A DNA stretch of 64,000 nucleotides from an uncultured Gammaproteobacteria bacterium. Its GTDB lineage: Bacteria > Pseudomonadota > Gammaproteobacteria > Ga0077536. The notes under the pieces were generated by a model. It made no database searches and was not told where the DNA came from. It was given only the letters and a program-made list of their open reading frames with translations. The stretch is taken from positions 15,107 to 79,106 of the forward strand of contig CAXBJY010000004.1 in NCBI GenBank assembly GCA_963976285.1, read 5' to 3'. A program made the translations under genes and the position numbers. Each line of letters opens with the position of its first letter. The stretch's first letter is position 1. Positions 48,304 through 58,203 of this stretch are shown one piece after another.

Positions 48304-48941
48304 GCGGCGCTGCCGTCGACACGCCGAAGCCGGCAACAATGACCCCCCTGAACAGCGGAATCGCGCTCGGCGTCGCCGTCGCGGCACTGACGTTTTACCA
48401 GTTCGGCGTGACCGCCTGGCTCGACCACGGGTCAACGGAACGCGCGGCACTGCAGGAGTACTGGCCGCTGCTCGTCGCGTATGTCGTTGCGGTTGCCTGC
48501 GCGGCAGCAAGCGCGCCGCTGGCCGTCGTACGCGCAATCACCGACGGCACGCCGACACACCGGTTTTCACTCGCCTGCATCGCCGCATCCGTTGCCGGTT
48601 GGCTGATGTACGCAACGATCGGGGTCGACGGGATTGGCAGCCCCACGATGGCGTTCTACTGGGGCGGACTCGCGGCGTTATGGAGCGGCGCGATCGCGAT
48701 GATTCACCTGTGCCGGCGCTGGCGCAAGCCGCTCGCGGTGCGCGACTGGACGATCTACGCCGCCGCGATCGCGCTGATTCCGCTGACGATGATCCCGAGC
48801 GTGCCGCTGTGGCCGCTGTTGGTCGACCTCGACCCGGGTCAGACGATCATGACCGCGGCGACGTCGTCGTTCGCGGCGCATATGCTGATCGCGCACTACG
48901 TCATTTTCGAAATCCTCGAACGCCGACCCCGGCGCAGCTGA
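48300..48941 (+). CDS. hypothetical membrane protein
   Basis: ATGA overlap with the upstream gene. Multiple TM helices. Confidence 0.5.
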   Translation: MSGAAVDTPKPATMTPLNSGIALGVAVAALTFYQFGVTAWLDHGSTERAALQEYWPLLVAYVVAVACAAASAPLAVVRAITDGTPTHRFSLACIAASVAGWLMYATIGVDGIGSPTMAFYWGGLAALWSGAIAMIHLCRRWRKPLAVRDWTIYAAAIALIPLTMIPSVPLWPLLVDLDPGQTIMTAATSSFAAHMLIAHYVIFEILERRPRRS

Positions 48942-49015
48942 TCCAGGCCGGTCCGGCTTTACTCCGCGCGGGCTAATGTCGAGGATAAGCGCTCCTCAAC
49001 AGATCGGAGCATCGG

Positions 49016-49396
49016 GTGGACAAAGCACTTTATGACGCGGGGCTCGCGCTGCGCAAGGAAGTCGTGGGCAAGGACTACGTCGAGCGCTCGCTCGCCGAGG
49101 CCGATGATTTGACGCGTGATTTCCAGGCGTTCGTCACGGAATACGCCTGGGGCGCGGTGTGGACACGCGAAGGTCTATCGCGCCGCGACCGTTCGCTGCT
49201 GAATCTCGGCATGCTGACGGCGCTCGGCAAACCGAACGAACTGAAGCTGCACCTGCGTGGCGCGCTGACGAACGGAGTGACGCGCGAGGAGATTCGCGAG
49301 GCGCTCATGCAATCGGCGGTGTATTGCGGCGTGCCGGCCGCGCTCGAAGCGTTCCGGATGGCGCGCGAGGTGTTCGGCGAAATCGACGCGGACTAA
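49016..49396 (+). CDS. carboxymuconolactone decarboxylase family protein
   Basis: GTG start. CMD-family helices (AWGAVWTREGLSRRDRSLLNLGMLTALG). Confidence 0.75.
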   Translation: MDKALYDAGLALRKEVVGKDYVERSLAEADDLTRDFQAFVTEYAWGAVWTREGLSRRDRSLLNLGMLTALGKPNELKLHLRGALTNGVTREEIREALMQSAVYCGVPAALEAFRMAREVFGEIDAD

Positions 49397-49588
49397 ATAC
49401 GTGCTCCAAATTATGCAACACTGACCTTGATGGGCCAGGTACCCTTCCCCTCAAATCGCGGGGAAGGGACTTAGGATGGGGTGTAGACAGTGGTTCCGGT
49501 CTCGAAGCCACAGTGTCTCAGATTCACGCACACCCATTTAGGCGGGCGCGCGCCGCGACGGTCACGACGCGCACCCGGGTCCGCGGTC

Positions 49589-50461
49589 TTACGGCGCGTC
49601 GCCGAGCACGAGCGGCAGCGACTCGTCGCGGATCCATTCGGACATCGAGCCGTCGTAGATCGCGATGTTACGGTGTCCGGCGAGATGCAGCGCGAGCGCG
49701 TCCATCGTCGCTGAAATGCCGCCGCCGCAATACACGACGACCCGGTCGGCGTCGAGAGAACCGTTTTCCTTCAGCGTTGCGCTCAGCTCCGCGACGGGTT
49801 TGAACGCGCCGCTGGTCTCATCGATCAACGATCCGTAGAACACGTTCGTGCTGCCGGGAATATGCCCGGCGCGTCCGTAGCGGTTCGTCTCGCCGTTGTA
49901 GACGTCCGGTGACAGCGCATTGAGCGTACACGCGCTGCCGTCTTCGATGATGCGCAGCATGTCGTTCTTGTCCGCCCACATGTCCGGACGCGGACGCGGG
50001 GTGAGCTTGCCGGCCGCATACGCCGGCGCCGCGGTATCCGTCGGGCGTCCTTCGGTTTGCCATTTCTGCCAGCCGCCATCGAGTACCGCGATATTGTCGA
50101 ACCCGACGGAGCGAAACATCCACCATGCGCGCGTTGCCCACATCGGCATGCCGTCGTTGTACAGCACGACGGCACTGTCATCGCTGACCCCGTGTGCCGC
50201 GGCAAGCTCGCAGAAGCGCTCGGCCGGCGGCATCATGAATGGAATGTCGTTATCGGGATCGGCAAATTCCTGCGCGAGGTCGAGAAAGCCCGCGCCCGGG
50301 ATATGCGCCTTGGACCAGTTGTCGCGACCACTGTCGGCCTGGTAGCCGCCGCCACCCGGCTTCGGCTGCAGATAAATCGTCGTATCGAAAATGCGTAAGC
50401 TCGGGTCGCCGAGGTGCTGTTCCAGCCATTCTGTGCTGACGAGTGCGTTGTCGAGTTGCAT
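49589..50461 (-). CDS. sseA: 3-mercaptopyruvate/thiosulfate sulfurtransferase (tandem rhodanese)
   Basis: Two rhodanese domains. Catalytic Cys in CGGGISA. Confidence 0.85.
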   Translation of the reverse strand: MQLDNALVSTEWLEQHLGDPSLRIFDTTIYLQPKPGGGGYQADSGRDNWSKAHIPGAGFLDLAQEFADPDNDIPFMMPPAERFCELAAAHGVSDDSAVVLYNDGMPMWATRAWWMFRSVGFDNIAVLDGGWQKWQTEGRPTDTAAPAYAAGKLTPRPRPDMWADKNDMLRIIEDGSACTLNALSPDVYNGETNRYGRAGHIPGSTNVFYGSLIDETSGAFKPVAELSATLKENGSLDADRVVVYCGGGISATMDALALHLAGHRNIAIYDGSMSEWIRDESLPLVLGDAP

Positions 50462-50600
50462 GGGGTTTCTCCGGGATTTTTCGAGGTTCTGATCACCGCT
50501 GCCCCGTGGCACGCGATGTGGTCTCCGATGATAAACCGCGGTGCCGCGCTTGTGCACAGCTTCGTTCGCCTGCGCAGGCAGCGGCGGTGCGGTTAGAATC

Positions 50601-51398
50601 ATGGCGACGATCACCCGGAGCAGAGCTGTGAACGAACTTCCTCTCGCTGACAAAGTCGCCGTCGTCACCGGTGCCAGTCGCGGAATCGGCAAAGGTATCG
50701 CGCAGGCGCTCGCGCGCGCCGGCGCGGCCGTTGCCTGTATCGCCACCGAGGCCGCGAATGCGGCCGCCACGGTCACCGGGATCGAACAGGCCGGCGGTCG
50801 CGCCATCGCCGTGGGCGCCCGGGTCGAGCGCGGCGCGGATGTCACGCGGGCGTTTGCGGAGATTGCGGCCGAGCTCGGCCCGGTCGATATCCTCGTGAAC
50901 AACGCCGGTATCTCGCGTCCGCAGCCGTTGCTGCAAATGACCGAGGAAAACTGGGACGCGCACATGGATATCAACGCGAAGTCCGTGTTCCTGTGCGCGC
51001 AGGCCGCGATTGCGCAGATGAAGGAAACCGACGGCGGGGTTGTCATCAACATTGGTTCTATCGTGGGTCAGAACGCGATCCCGCAGACGCTCGGTTATTG
51101 CGCGTCGAAGGCGACGGTCGATCACATGACCCGGGTGATGGCGATCGAGTGTGCGAAATACGGCGTGCGGGTGAACTGCATCGCGCCCGGCTACGTGCAC
51201 ACGGAATTGATCGATCAGCTGATCGAAGACGGCCGGCTCGCGCTCGCTACGCTCGAAAAACGCACGCCGCAGCGCCGCCTCGGCACGATCGAGGAAATCG
51301 CCTCGGCCGTCGTCTACATCGCCAGCCCCGCGGCCGGATTCATGACCGGCTCGGTCGTCAATATCGACGGCGGCTGGACCGCTTACGGCTATCTGTAG
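50601..51398 (+). CDS. SDR family oxidoreductase (FabG-like)
   Basis: TGASRGIG, NNAG, YCASK. The start may instead be the GTG at 50628. Confidence 0.85.
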   Translation: MATITRSRAVNELPLADKVAVVTGASRGIGKGIAQALARAGAAVACIATEAANAAATVTGIEQAGGRAIAVGARVERGADVTRAFAEIAAELGPVDILVNNAGISRPQPLLQMTEENWDAHMDINAKSVFLCAQAAIAQMKETDGGVVINIGSIVGQNAIPQTLGYCASKATVDHMTRVMAIECAKYGVRVNCIAPGYVHTELIDQLIEDGRLALATLEKRTPQRRLGTIEEIASAVVYIASPAAGFMTGSVVNIDGGWTAYGYL

Positions 51399-51403
51399 CG
51401 ACG

Positions 51404-51937
51404 ATGGCACGGCGGACGGTCGAGCCGATCGGCGCGCGTGAACGCGCGACGGTGATTGCACATACCGCGCGCTGCATCGAGCGCGCGAACCGCCTGCTCG
51501 AGACTGCGTTTGCTCCGATTCCCGTGCATTTCGACCTGATCGGACGCACCGCCGGCATGTACCGGGTCGTGCGCGGCGAGCCGCAGATCCGCTACAACCC
51601 GTACCTGTTCGCGAAGTACTACGACGAAAACGTCGCGACGACCGTGCCGCACGAGGTCGCGCATTATCTCACCGATGCCGTGTACGGTTACCGGAATGTG
51701 AAGCCGCACGGGCGTGAGTGGCGCAACGTCATGCGCATGCTCGGCGCGAATGACGCGGTACGCTGCGACTTCGACCTCGAGGGTATCCCGGTCCGCCGTT
51801 ATCGCACGATTCGCTACGTTTGCCGCTGCCGTTCGCATGAACTGACGGCCGTGCGTCACAACCGGGTACAGCGGCGACGCGCGCGCTATTTTTGTCGTCT
51901 CTGCCATATGGAACTGATGCCGGCCGCGGACGAATAG
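51404..51937 (+). CDS. SprT family zinc metalloprotease
   Basis: HEVAHY (HExxH) and a C-terminal Cys-rich zinc ribbon (CRCRSHE...CRLCH). Confidence 0.75.
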   Translation: MARRTVEPIGARERATVIAHTARCIERANRLLETAFAPIPVHFDLIGRTAGMYRVVRGEPQIRYNPYLFAKYYDENVATTVPHEVAHYLTDAVYGYRNVKPHGREWRNVMRMLGANDAVRCDFDLEGIPVRRYRTIRYVCRCRSHELTAVRHNRVQRRRARYFCRLCHMELMPAADE

Positions 51938-52007
51938 CGCGCACCACCCCCCGGCCTCCGCTGTCGCTATAATCGCGGGTCCACGTTTTACCCGCAGGAG
52001 CTTATCC

Positions 52008-52631
52008 GTGAATTTCATCGAACTCGCCGCCGCGCGCCACAGCGTGCGCAAATACGAACCCGGACTCACCATCGACGACGCCGAACTGCAGCAGCTGTTC
52101 GACACCGTCATCCTGAGTCCGAGTTCCTATAACGTGCAGCACTGGCAGTTCGTCGTGGTGCGTGATCAGGCCCGGAAGACGGAGCTCAGCGGCCTGTCGT
52201 TCGGTCAGCCACAGGTTGCCGATGCCGCCGCCGTCGTGCTCGTGTGCGGTCGCCTCGATGCGTTCGAGGACGCACCGCGGATCTATGCCGATGTCGACCC
52301 GGAAATGCGCGAGAAAAGTGTCGGACGTATCCTCGGGGCCTACACCGACGCGCCGGCCCTGCAGCGCGAGGAAGCGATTCGCTCCGGCTCGCTCGCCGCG
52401 ATGTCGCTCATGTACGCGGCGAAAGCGCTCGGCTGGGACAGCGGCCCGATGATCGGGTTTGAAGCAGACAAGGTGTCGGCGTTCCTGAATCTCGATGCGC
52501 GGACGATCCCGGTCATGATGATCGTGGTCGGCAAGGCGCTGAACGGGGAGCAGCCCGCCCGCGCTTATCGCCGGCCCGTCGCCGAAGTGGTCAAGCTCGA
52601 AACGCTCGACGGCGCGAGCCTCGGCGCCTGA
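52008..52631 (+). CDS. nitroreductase family protein
   Basis: GTG start. ARHSVRKY and SSYNVQHWQF motifs. Confidence 0.75.
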   Translation: MNFIELAAARHSVRKYEPGLTIDDAELQQLFDTVILSPSSYNVQHWQFVVVRDQARKTELSGLSFGQPQVADAAAVVLVCGRLDAFEDAPRIYADVDPEMREKSVGRILGAYTDAPALQREEAIRSGSLAAMSLMYAAKALGWDSGPMIGFEADKVSAFLNLDARTIPVMMIVVGKALNGEQPARAYRRPVAEVVKLETLDGASLGA

Positions 52632-52633
52632 GC

Positions 52634-52909
52634 ATGACACTCGCGTGGTACGACTGGATCGGTTCGCTCGGCGTATTCCTGATCCTGTTCACGTATTTCC
52701 TGTTGCAGACTGATCGTATCCACGCGCAGGCGATCCCGTATTCCGTCATGAACCTGCTCGGCGCGAGTTTTATCGCTGTGTCGCTGTTGTACGACTTCAA
52801 CTTCTCCGCGTTCGTGATCGAGATCTGCTGGATCGCGATCAGTATCGTCGGCATCGTGCGTACCTTGCGCCGCCGCCGCATGGAGCTGAACGGGGCGCGT
52901 GACCAATGA
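52634..52909 (+). CDS. small membrane protein (3 TM)
   Basis: 91 aa. Immediately follows the nitroreductase gene. The stop overlaps the next start. Confidence 0.5.
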   Translation: MTLAWYDWIGSLGVFLILFTYFLLQTDRIHAQAIPYSVMNLLGASFIAVSLLYDFNFSAFVIEICWIAISIVGIVRTLRRRRMELNGARDQ

Positions 52910-53397
52910 GCGCCACCGACGGACTGCTGCCCGAGGAATATCAGGCCGTGATCGCGCCGGCGATGCAGGCGGCCGCGGAACTCGCGGCCGCGCGCGGCGA
53001 TCCCTACCTGTACAACGACCTCGCCTGCATGCTCGCGCTCATGGTGCTCGTGCGCGACCTCGCCGATCTGTACCAGGATCAGTGGGGGCCGCTCGGCCAG
53101 CACTCGCCGCCGGACGTATTCGCCGCCGCGCCGAGCGCTGCCTGTGTCATGGTACTGAGCGAATACGAAATCGAAACGGATTCGATCCGACAAATGACGA
53201 CGGCGCTGGAACGCGCCGCCGAGCAGTTAACCGCCGATGGCGTGTTCGGTCCCGAGCGGGTCGAGGTGCACAAGGCATGGAAGGCGTTTCTCGAGGACAA
53301 GCGCGACAGCGCGCAGGCCTGGATGCGCCAGGCCGCGAGTCGGATCGCGAACGCCGTCGACGCCTGGGAGGCGCGCCGCGCCGCGGCGTCGCGATAA
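52906..53397 (+). CDS. hypothetical protein
   Basis: 163 aa, helical and soluble. ATGA coupling to the upstream small membrane protein. Confidence 0.5.
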   Translation: MSATDGLLPEEYQAVIAPAMQAAAELAAARGDPYLYNDLACMLALMVLVRDLADLYQDQWGPLGQHSPPDVFAAAPSAACVMVLSEYEIETDSIRQMTTALERAAEQLTADGVFGPERVEVHKAWKAFLEDKRDSAQAWMRQAASRIANAVDAWEARRAAASR

Positions 53398-53643
53398 AGT
53401 TTGCGGCGCACGCAATCGCGTTTGCCAGCCGCCTTCTCTGGCCGGCGGCGGCACGCTGCCATAGTGTTCCGGTAACTTCGGGACACGGGCGAGGTTACGC
53501 TGCCAGTCGCTGGCGTGGCGGTACACGGCGATCGTTTTCAATACCGTTTGTTCATCGGCATCGCGCACGAGCCGGGCCACGCCATGCCGGTATTGCACAA
53601 CGGAACGGTCCGGTCGCAGGATCGTCAGTCCGTCGCTCGTGAG

Positions 53644-53832
53644 CTAGCCGAGCTTCTGATAGTTCGCGACGTATACGTGCGGCGCCGCGTCGAAATCGCG
53701 CAACAGGTTTTCGCCATCGAAGCGATCGACGTACGCAAAGTCGAGCCGCCCGAACATGCTCGGCAGGCAGCGCGCAGGCACGTACTTCGCGCAACTCGTG
53801 CAACCCTCTATATGAATCGAAGGCGGACGCAC
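53644..53832 (-). CDS. small Cys-containing hypothetical protein (62 aa) ending at an in-frame TAG
   Basis: GTG start with high GC3. CTSC...C cluster. The same frame stays open after the TAG for 123 more codons (53227..53598), but that part overlaps a + strand gene and is Arg-rich, so it is probably not coding. Confidence 0.3.
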   Translation of the reverse strand: MRPPSIHIEGCTSCAKYVPARCLPSMFGRLDFAYVDRFDGENLLRDFDAAPHVYVANYQKLG

Positions 53833-53869
53833 TTCGGCGATCCGCGACAGTAGCCGGTTCGGCGCTCGC

Positions 53870-54664
53870 GTGCAGGTTGAGGCAGCGCGACGAAGCAGGC
53901 ATCATTTCCGCAAATCACGAGCCGATACGGCAGCCGTGGCGGGTGGTTCCTTGGACAGTTATATCGAGCTCGAATCCGGTACCGGTACCGGTGTGATCGA
54001 AAACCTCGCCGGTGCCGGCAGCCGTTCATACGCGTATATCATCGACTGGCACATCCGCATCCTGCTCGTCGTGTGCTGGTATCTCGGCTGCATGGCATGG
54101 CTGCAAACGGTGAATTTACTCGGATCCGGCCGCGGGTCGGACCTTGGCTCGCTCATGTGGCTGAACGTGCCACCGATGCTGATTTACGTGCTCTACCATC
54201 CGATCCTCGAACTCGCGATGCTCGGTAATACGCCCGGCAAGCGCTACGCCGGGGTCGCGATAGTCGACGAAAGCGGGGCGCCGCCGGGCGCCGGTGCGAT
54301 TCTGATCCGCAATGTGTTTCGCCTGATCGATTCACTGCCGTTCGCTTACACGATTGGTTTGATCACGGTCATGACGACGGCGCGGCACGTGCGCTTCGGT
54401 GACATGGTGGCCGGAACCGTTATGGTGAAACGAACGGCGCCCGCCACCGACAGTCTCGACACCCTCGAGCGTATTCGTAACGCACCCGTCGATGCCGAGA
54501 CGGCGGAGCTTGCAATCGAACTGCTCGCGCGCTGGAAAACGATCGCCCCCTCACGCCGGGTTGCGCTGGCCACCGGTTTGCTCGAACGCGCGGGGATCGC
54601 GCCCGAGAATACGCAAGCGAAAACCCTGCGCCGCGAGCTTGAACGCATGTTGCAGCCGTTATGA
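53870..54664 (+). CDS. RDD family membrane protein
   Basis: RDD-type TM core (RYAGVAIVDESG...RLID). The start is uncertain; the ATG at 53870 or the GTG at about 53936. Confidence 0.65.
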   Translation: MQVEAARRSRHHFRKSRADTAAVAGGSLDSYIELESGTGTGVIENLAGAGSRSYAYIIDWHIRILLVVCWYLGCMAWLQTVNLLGSGRGSDLGSLMWLNVPPMLIYVLYHPILELAMLGNTPGKRYAGVAIVDESGAPPGAGAILIRNVFRLIDSLPFAYTIGLITVMTTARHVRFGDMVAGTVMVKRTAPATDSLDTLERIRNAPVDAETAELAIELLARWKTIAPSRRVALATGLLERAGIAPENTQAKTLRRELERMLQPL

Positions 54665-55671
54665 ACGGCAACCCGTCCCCGCCTGAGTCGGCGAATCCGC
54701 GCCTGTGGGAACACCTGCTCAGCGTCCGCCTGGAACGCTGGCGGCGGCTCGCGACCCTCGCCGCCGGGCGGCGCCGGGATCAGGATCTCGCCGCGGCGCG
54801 TGCCGTATTGTCCGGTTACGGCGAGGTCGCCCGCGATGTCGCGCTCGCGCGACGCACGGCGCCGGACTCGCTGACCCGGCGCACACTCGAAACGCTCTAC
54901 GGAGACCTCCATCGCGCGCTTGCCGAGGCGCCGTCGCGGCGCTGGCGGGATCTCGTGACGCTGTTCGTGGATCACGTACCGCGGGCGGCGCGTCATCTGC
55001 GCGCCGAAATAGCGAGCGTTGTCGCGCTGTTTATTATCAGCATCATCGCCGGCGTGCTGTTGCTGCGCGTCTATCCCGATACGGCGGGGGTGTTCCTGTC
55101 ACCGCAGATGATCGAAACGGTGCAGCACGGACAGTTGTGGACCGACGATATTCTCAACGTCGTACCGTCGTCCGTACTCTCGATCAATTTAATGACGAAC
55201 AACATCGCGGTTGCCTTGACGTGTCTCACGCTGGGTCTTTTTTATGGCCTCGGCACGCTCTACATCATTTGCCTGAACGGCATGATGCTCGGCGGTGTGT
55301 TTGCCTATACCCACCGTTTCGGTCTCGGCGACGATCTGTATCGCTTCGTGATTGCGCACGGTCTCGTCGAGTTATCCGTGATCTGCCTGGCCGGTGCCGC
55401 CGGCCTGTCCCTCGGGCGTGCGATCGCACGCCCGGGTGCGCACGGGCGCATCGCCGCGGTGCGCGCTGCGATGCGTCAGGCCGGCGTGCTGACGGCGGTC
55501 GCGGTGCCGTTCCTGATCGGCAGCGGCATCATCGAGGCTTACGTGTCGCCGAACCCGGAATTCACGACCGCCGCCCGGACCGTTATCGGTGTGCTCTGGT
55601 TTGGTGTTCTCGTGCTCGCGCTCGACGGACGCGTGTGGCGCGGATTCCGGGTGGCACGAACAACGCGCTGA
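54661..55671 (+). CDS. SpoIIM-like / DUF95 membrane protein
   Basis: ATGA overlap with the RDD gene. Five or six TMs with the conserved DUF95 core (NNIAVALTCLTLGLFYGLGTLYIICLNGMMLG). Confidence 0.7.
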   Translation: MNGNPSPPESANPRLWEHLLSVRLERWRRLATLAAGRRRDQDLAAARAVLSGYGEVARDVALARRTAPDSLTRRTLETLYGDLHRALAEAPSRRWRDLVTLFVDHVPRAARHLRAEIASVVALFIISIIAGVLLLRVYPDTAGVFLSPQMIETVQHGQLWTDDILNVVPSSVLSINLMTNNIAVALTCLTLGLFYGLGTLYIICLNGMMLGGVFAYTHRFGLGDDLYRFVIAHGLVELSVICLAGAAGLSLGRAIARPGAHGRIAAVRAAMRQAGVLTAVAVPFLIGSGIIEAYVSPNPEFTTAARTVIGVLWFGVLVLALDGRVWRGFRVARTTR

Positions 55672-55901
55672 GACTTTGAACCACTCGTCGAGGCGCACGG
55701 TTGGCGAGCCGATCATTGAATTTCCTTTCCACCCGCTCCGCGGTCTTGCCGAAATCTTAACGTGCGCTGCGCTATCGTCACCACGCGTTCGACCGTGCGT
55801 GTGCCGAGCGTCGCTCAGCGCCGGATGAGCAGGCAGACAATCGCTGCTCGACCCGGCCCGCAACGCGCCCGCCCGACAACGGTGATCGCGCCCGCGTTGT
55901 A

Positions 55902-55918
55902 AATGCGAATGCGAATGC
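55902..55918. repeat. hexamer tandem repeat (aatgcg)x3 inside a 498-bp non-coding leader
   Basis: aatgcgaatgcgaatgc seen directly. Flanked by locally AT-rich sequence. Confidence 0.5.
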
Positions 55919-56169
55919 ACCTGTTTGCGATTTTCGGTCCGACGTCATTATTGATTTCTGCTTAATATCCGCGGGCAGCCGACGTGGCTGTAATGAGGAA
56001 AATCTGACGTGTTCGTGTTCATGTGGCCGTCCATTCGGCCGGTTCTGTCGCTGCCGCTGCTTGCCGTCGCGCAGCACCGTACCGCGCCAGGATGCGCGCT
56101 CACCCCGGCCACTTGCATGAACGGTGCTCCGGCCCGGTGCACTCCCCGCCGCATCAACGAGGTTCCGTC

Positions 56170-58167
56170 ATGCGCCTAGATCCGGCGATGCCCTGGCGGC
56201 GATCACTCGGTCCGTATTTTGCGTTTGCTGCTTCCGCCGCGGTCATCGTCGCGGCGCTGTTCGCGGTCCGGGTCGTGTTGCTCGGGCTGCATGCCTCGCA
56301 CGTGGATTCCGTGAATGATGTCCTCGGCGTGTTGATCCAGGGAGTGCGCGTTGATTTTGCCTCGCTCAGCCGCCTGTATTTCGTTCCGATCGTGCTGTTC
56401 GCGGTGTCACGCATGCTGCCACCCGCATGGCAGGCGCCAATCCGCTGGTTCTGCATTGTTGTTGCGACGTTGATCACGACCCTGTTCGTATTCTTCGAAG
56501 CCATCACCCCGACCTACATTGTCGAGTACGGTACGCGTCCCGAGCGAAAGTTCTTCGAGTACCTCGACGCGCCGGCCGAACTGTACGGCATGTTGTGGCA
56601 CAGCTATCGTCTCGAAGTCGTGATCGCGATTGCCGCGACGATCGGCGCGGCGTTTGCGGCCTTCAGCGTGCATCGGCGCTGGTTCGAACAGACCGTCGAC
56701 TGGCGTCCGGGTCGGCTCGCGCTGTCGTTGCCGGTGGCGATAGTGCTGCTCGTCGTTGCGGGTCGCTCGACGTTCGACGGCAAGCCGCTGCATCCCGGCC
56801 AGGTCGCGTTTACGAACGATCTCCTGTTGAACAATCTCGCACTGAATTCGTTCTTCTCCGCCGCCTACGCGCGCTACCGAATGCTCGAGGAAGTGCGTCC
56901 CGAGACACTGTACGGCGAGATGCCGCGGCGGTCGGTGCGCAGCATCGTTGGCGCGCACCAGGAGCGGCGCCCGATCAGCGTTCCACCCGAGCGCCGGAAT
57001 ATCGTGATTATTCTCGCCGAAAGCCTCGGCGCGCGTTACGTGGCGTCGCTCGGTGGGCGCAATCTGACTCCAAACCTCGAACGACTCTCGCATGAGGGCT
57101 GGTGGTTCGAACGCATGTACGCAACGGGCACGCGGTCCGTGCGCGGTATCGAGGCGGTGCTGTCGGGTTTTCTCCCGACCCCGGGTCGCTCGATCGTTCG
57201 CCTCGTTGACAGCCAGACGCATTTTTTCACCCTGGCTACGCTGCTGCACGAAGCCGGGTACCGCAACGGCTTCTTTTACGGTGGCAATTCAGATTTCGAC
57301 AATATGCGTGGTTTCACGCTGAGTAACGGATTCGATTATGTCTACGACGAGAACGCTATCGAGCACGGCGTGTTCCGCAGCACCTACGGGTATTGTGATG
57401 ACGATGTGTTCGATGCGATCCATGCAACGCTGTCGGCGCATCCCAAACAGCCGAATTTCATCGCGACGCTGACGTCTTCGAACCATCAGCCGTTCCATTT
57501 CCCCGTCACCGAGGGTGACGATTACAGCCCGCCGCTGTTTACGCGCGACAACGCCGTGCGCTACGCCGACGGTGCGCTTGGCCGCTTCATCGAGCGCGCA
57601 CGTCAGGCGGATTACTGGGACCACACGATTTTTCTCATCGTCGCGGACCACGATGCGCGCGTTGCCGATCAGACGCCGGGCAAATCCGCTGCCGGTGCGA
57701 CGGATATCGCGAAAATCTTCCCGCTCGAAGGATTTCACATCCCGGCCCTGATCCTCGGCGGCGGAATTGCGCCGCAACGTTCCGGGTATATCGCGAGTCA
57801 GATCGATTTGCCGACGACACTGCTGGGCCTCGCGGGAATATCGGGCCCGCACCCGATGCCCGGCATCGACCTGACGACGGTCGCCGCGGATTACGTCGGC
57901 CGCGCGATCATGCAGTTCGCCGATCACCAGGCGCATCTCGAAGGCGACTATCTCACCGTCCTGCGTCCGTCGCGACCACCGCTGTCCGGGCCCGTTATCG
58001 ACGGGAAGTTCGTCGCCCATGACGATATCGACGCGCAAGCGCATGTCGAACATGCACGCGCCTACGCGCTGTGGCCGGGCATCGTTTACCGTTCCGGTGA
58101 ATACCAGCTGGGTGCGTGCCCGCCCGGTGACGTATCGGCCGCGTGCATCACGAGCGGCAGCTTGTAG
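56170..58167 (+). CDS. LTA-synthase family sulfatase-fold membrane protein (OpgB/MdoB-like phosphoglycerol or phosphoethanolamine transferase)
   Basis: N-terminal 5-TM domain plus an extracytoplasmic alkaline-phosphatase/sulfatase domain (ILAESLGARY...; IVADHD). Confidence 0.75.
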   Translation: MRLDPAMPWRRSLGPYFAFAASAAVIVAALFAVRVVLLGLHASHVDSVNDVLGVLIQGVRVDFASLSRLYFVPIVLFAVSRMLPPAWQAPIRWFCIVVATLITTLFVFFEAITPTYIVEYGTRPERKFFEYLDAPAELYGMLWHSYRLEVVIAIAATIGAAFAAFSVHRRWFEQTVDWRPGRLALSLPVAIVLLVVAGRSTFDGKPLHPGQVAFTNDLLLNNLALNSFFSAAYARYRMLEEVRPETLYGEMPRRSVRSIVGAHQERRPISVPPERRNIVIILAESLGARYVASLGGRNLTPNLERLSHEGWWFERMYATGTRSVRGIEAVLSGFLPTPGRSIVRLVDSQTHFFTLATLLHEAGYRNGFFYGGNSDFDNMRGFTLSNGFDYVYDENAIEHGVFRSTYGYCDDDVFDAIHATLSAHPKQPNFIATLTSSNHQPFHFPVTEGDDYSPPLFTRDNAVRYADGALGRFIERARQADYWDHTIFLIVADHDARVADQTPGKSAAGATDIAKIFPLEGFHIPALILGGGIAPQRSGYIASQIDLPTTLLGLAGISGPHPMPGIDLTTVAADYVGRAIMQFADHQAHLEGDYLTVLRPSRPPLSGPVIDGKFVAHDDIDAQAHVEHARAYALWPGIVYRSGEYQLGACPPGDVSAACITSGSL

Positions 58168-58203
58168 TCGACGACCTGCGGCGTTGCGCGCCGGTGCGTA
58201 TGT

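Noticed and set aside
53227-53598. 123-aa continuation in frame after the TAG at 53644
   Set aside because: It overlaps the plus-strand gene 52906..53397 by 170 nt and is Arg-rich, so it is probably non-coding.
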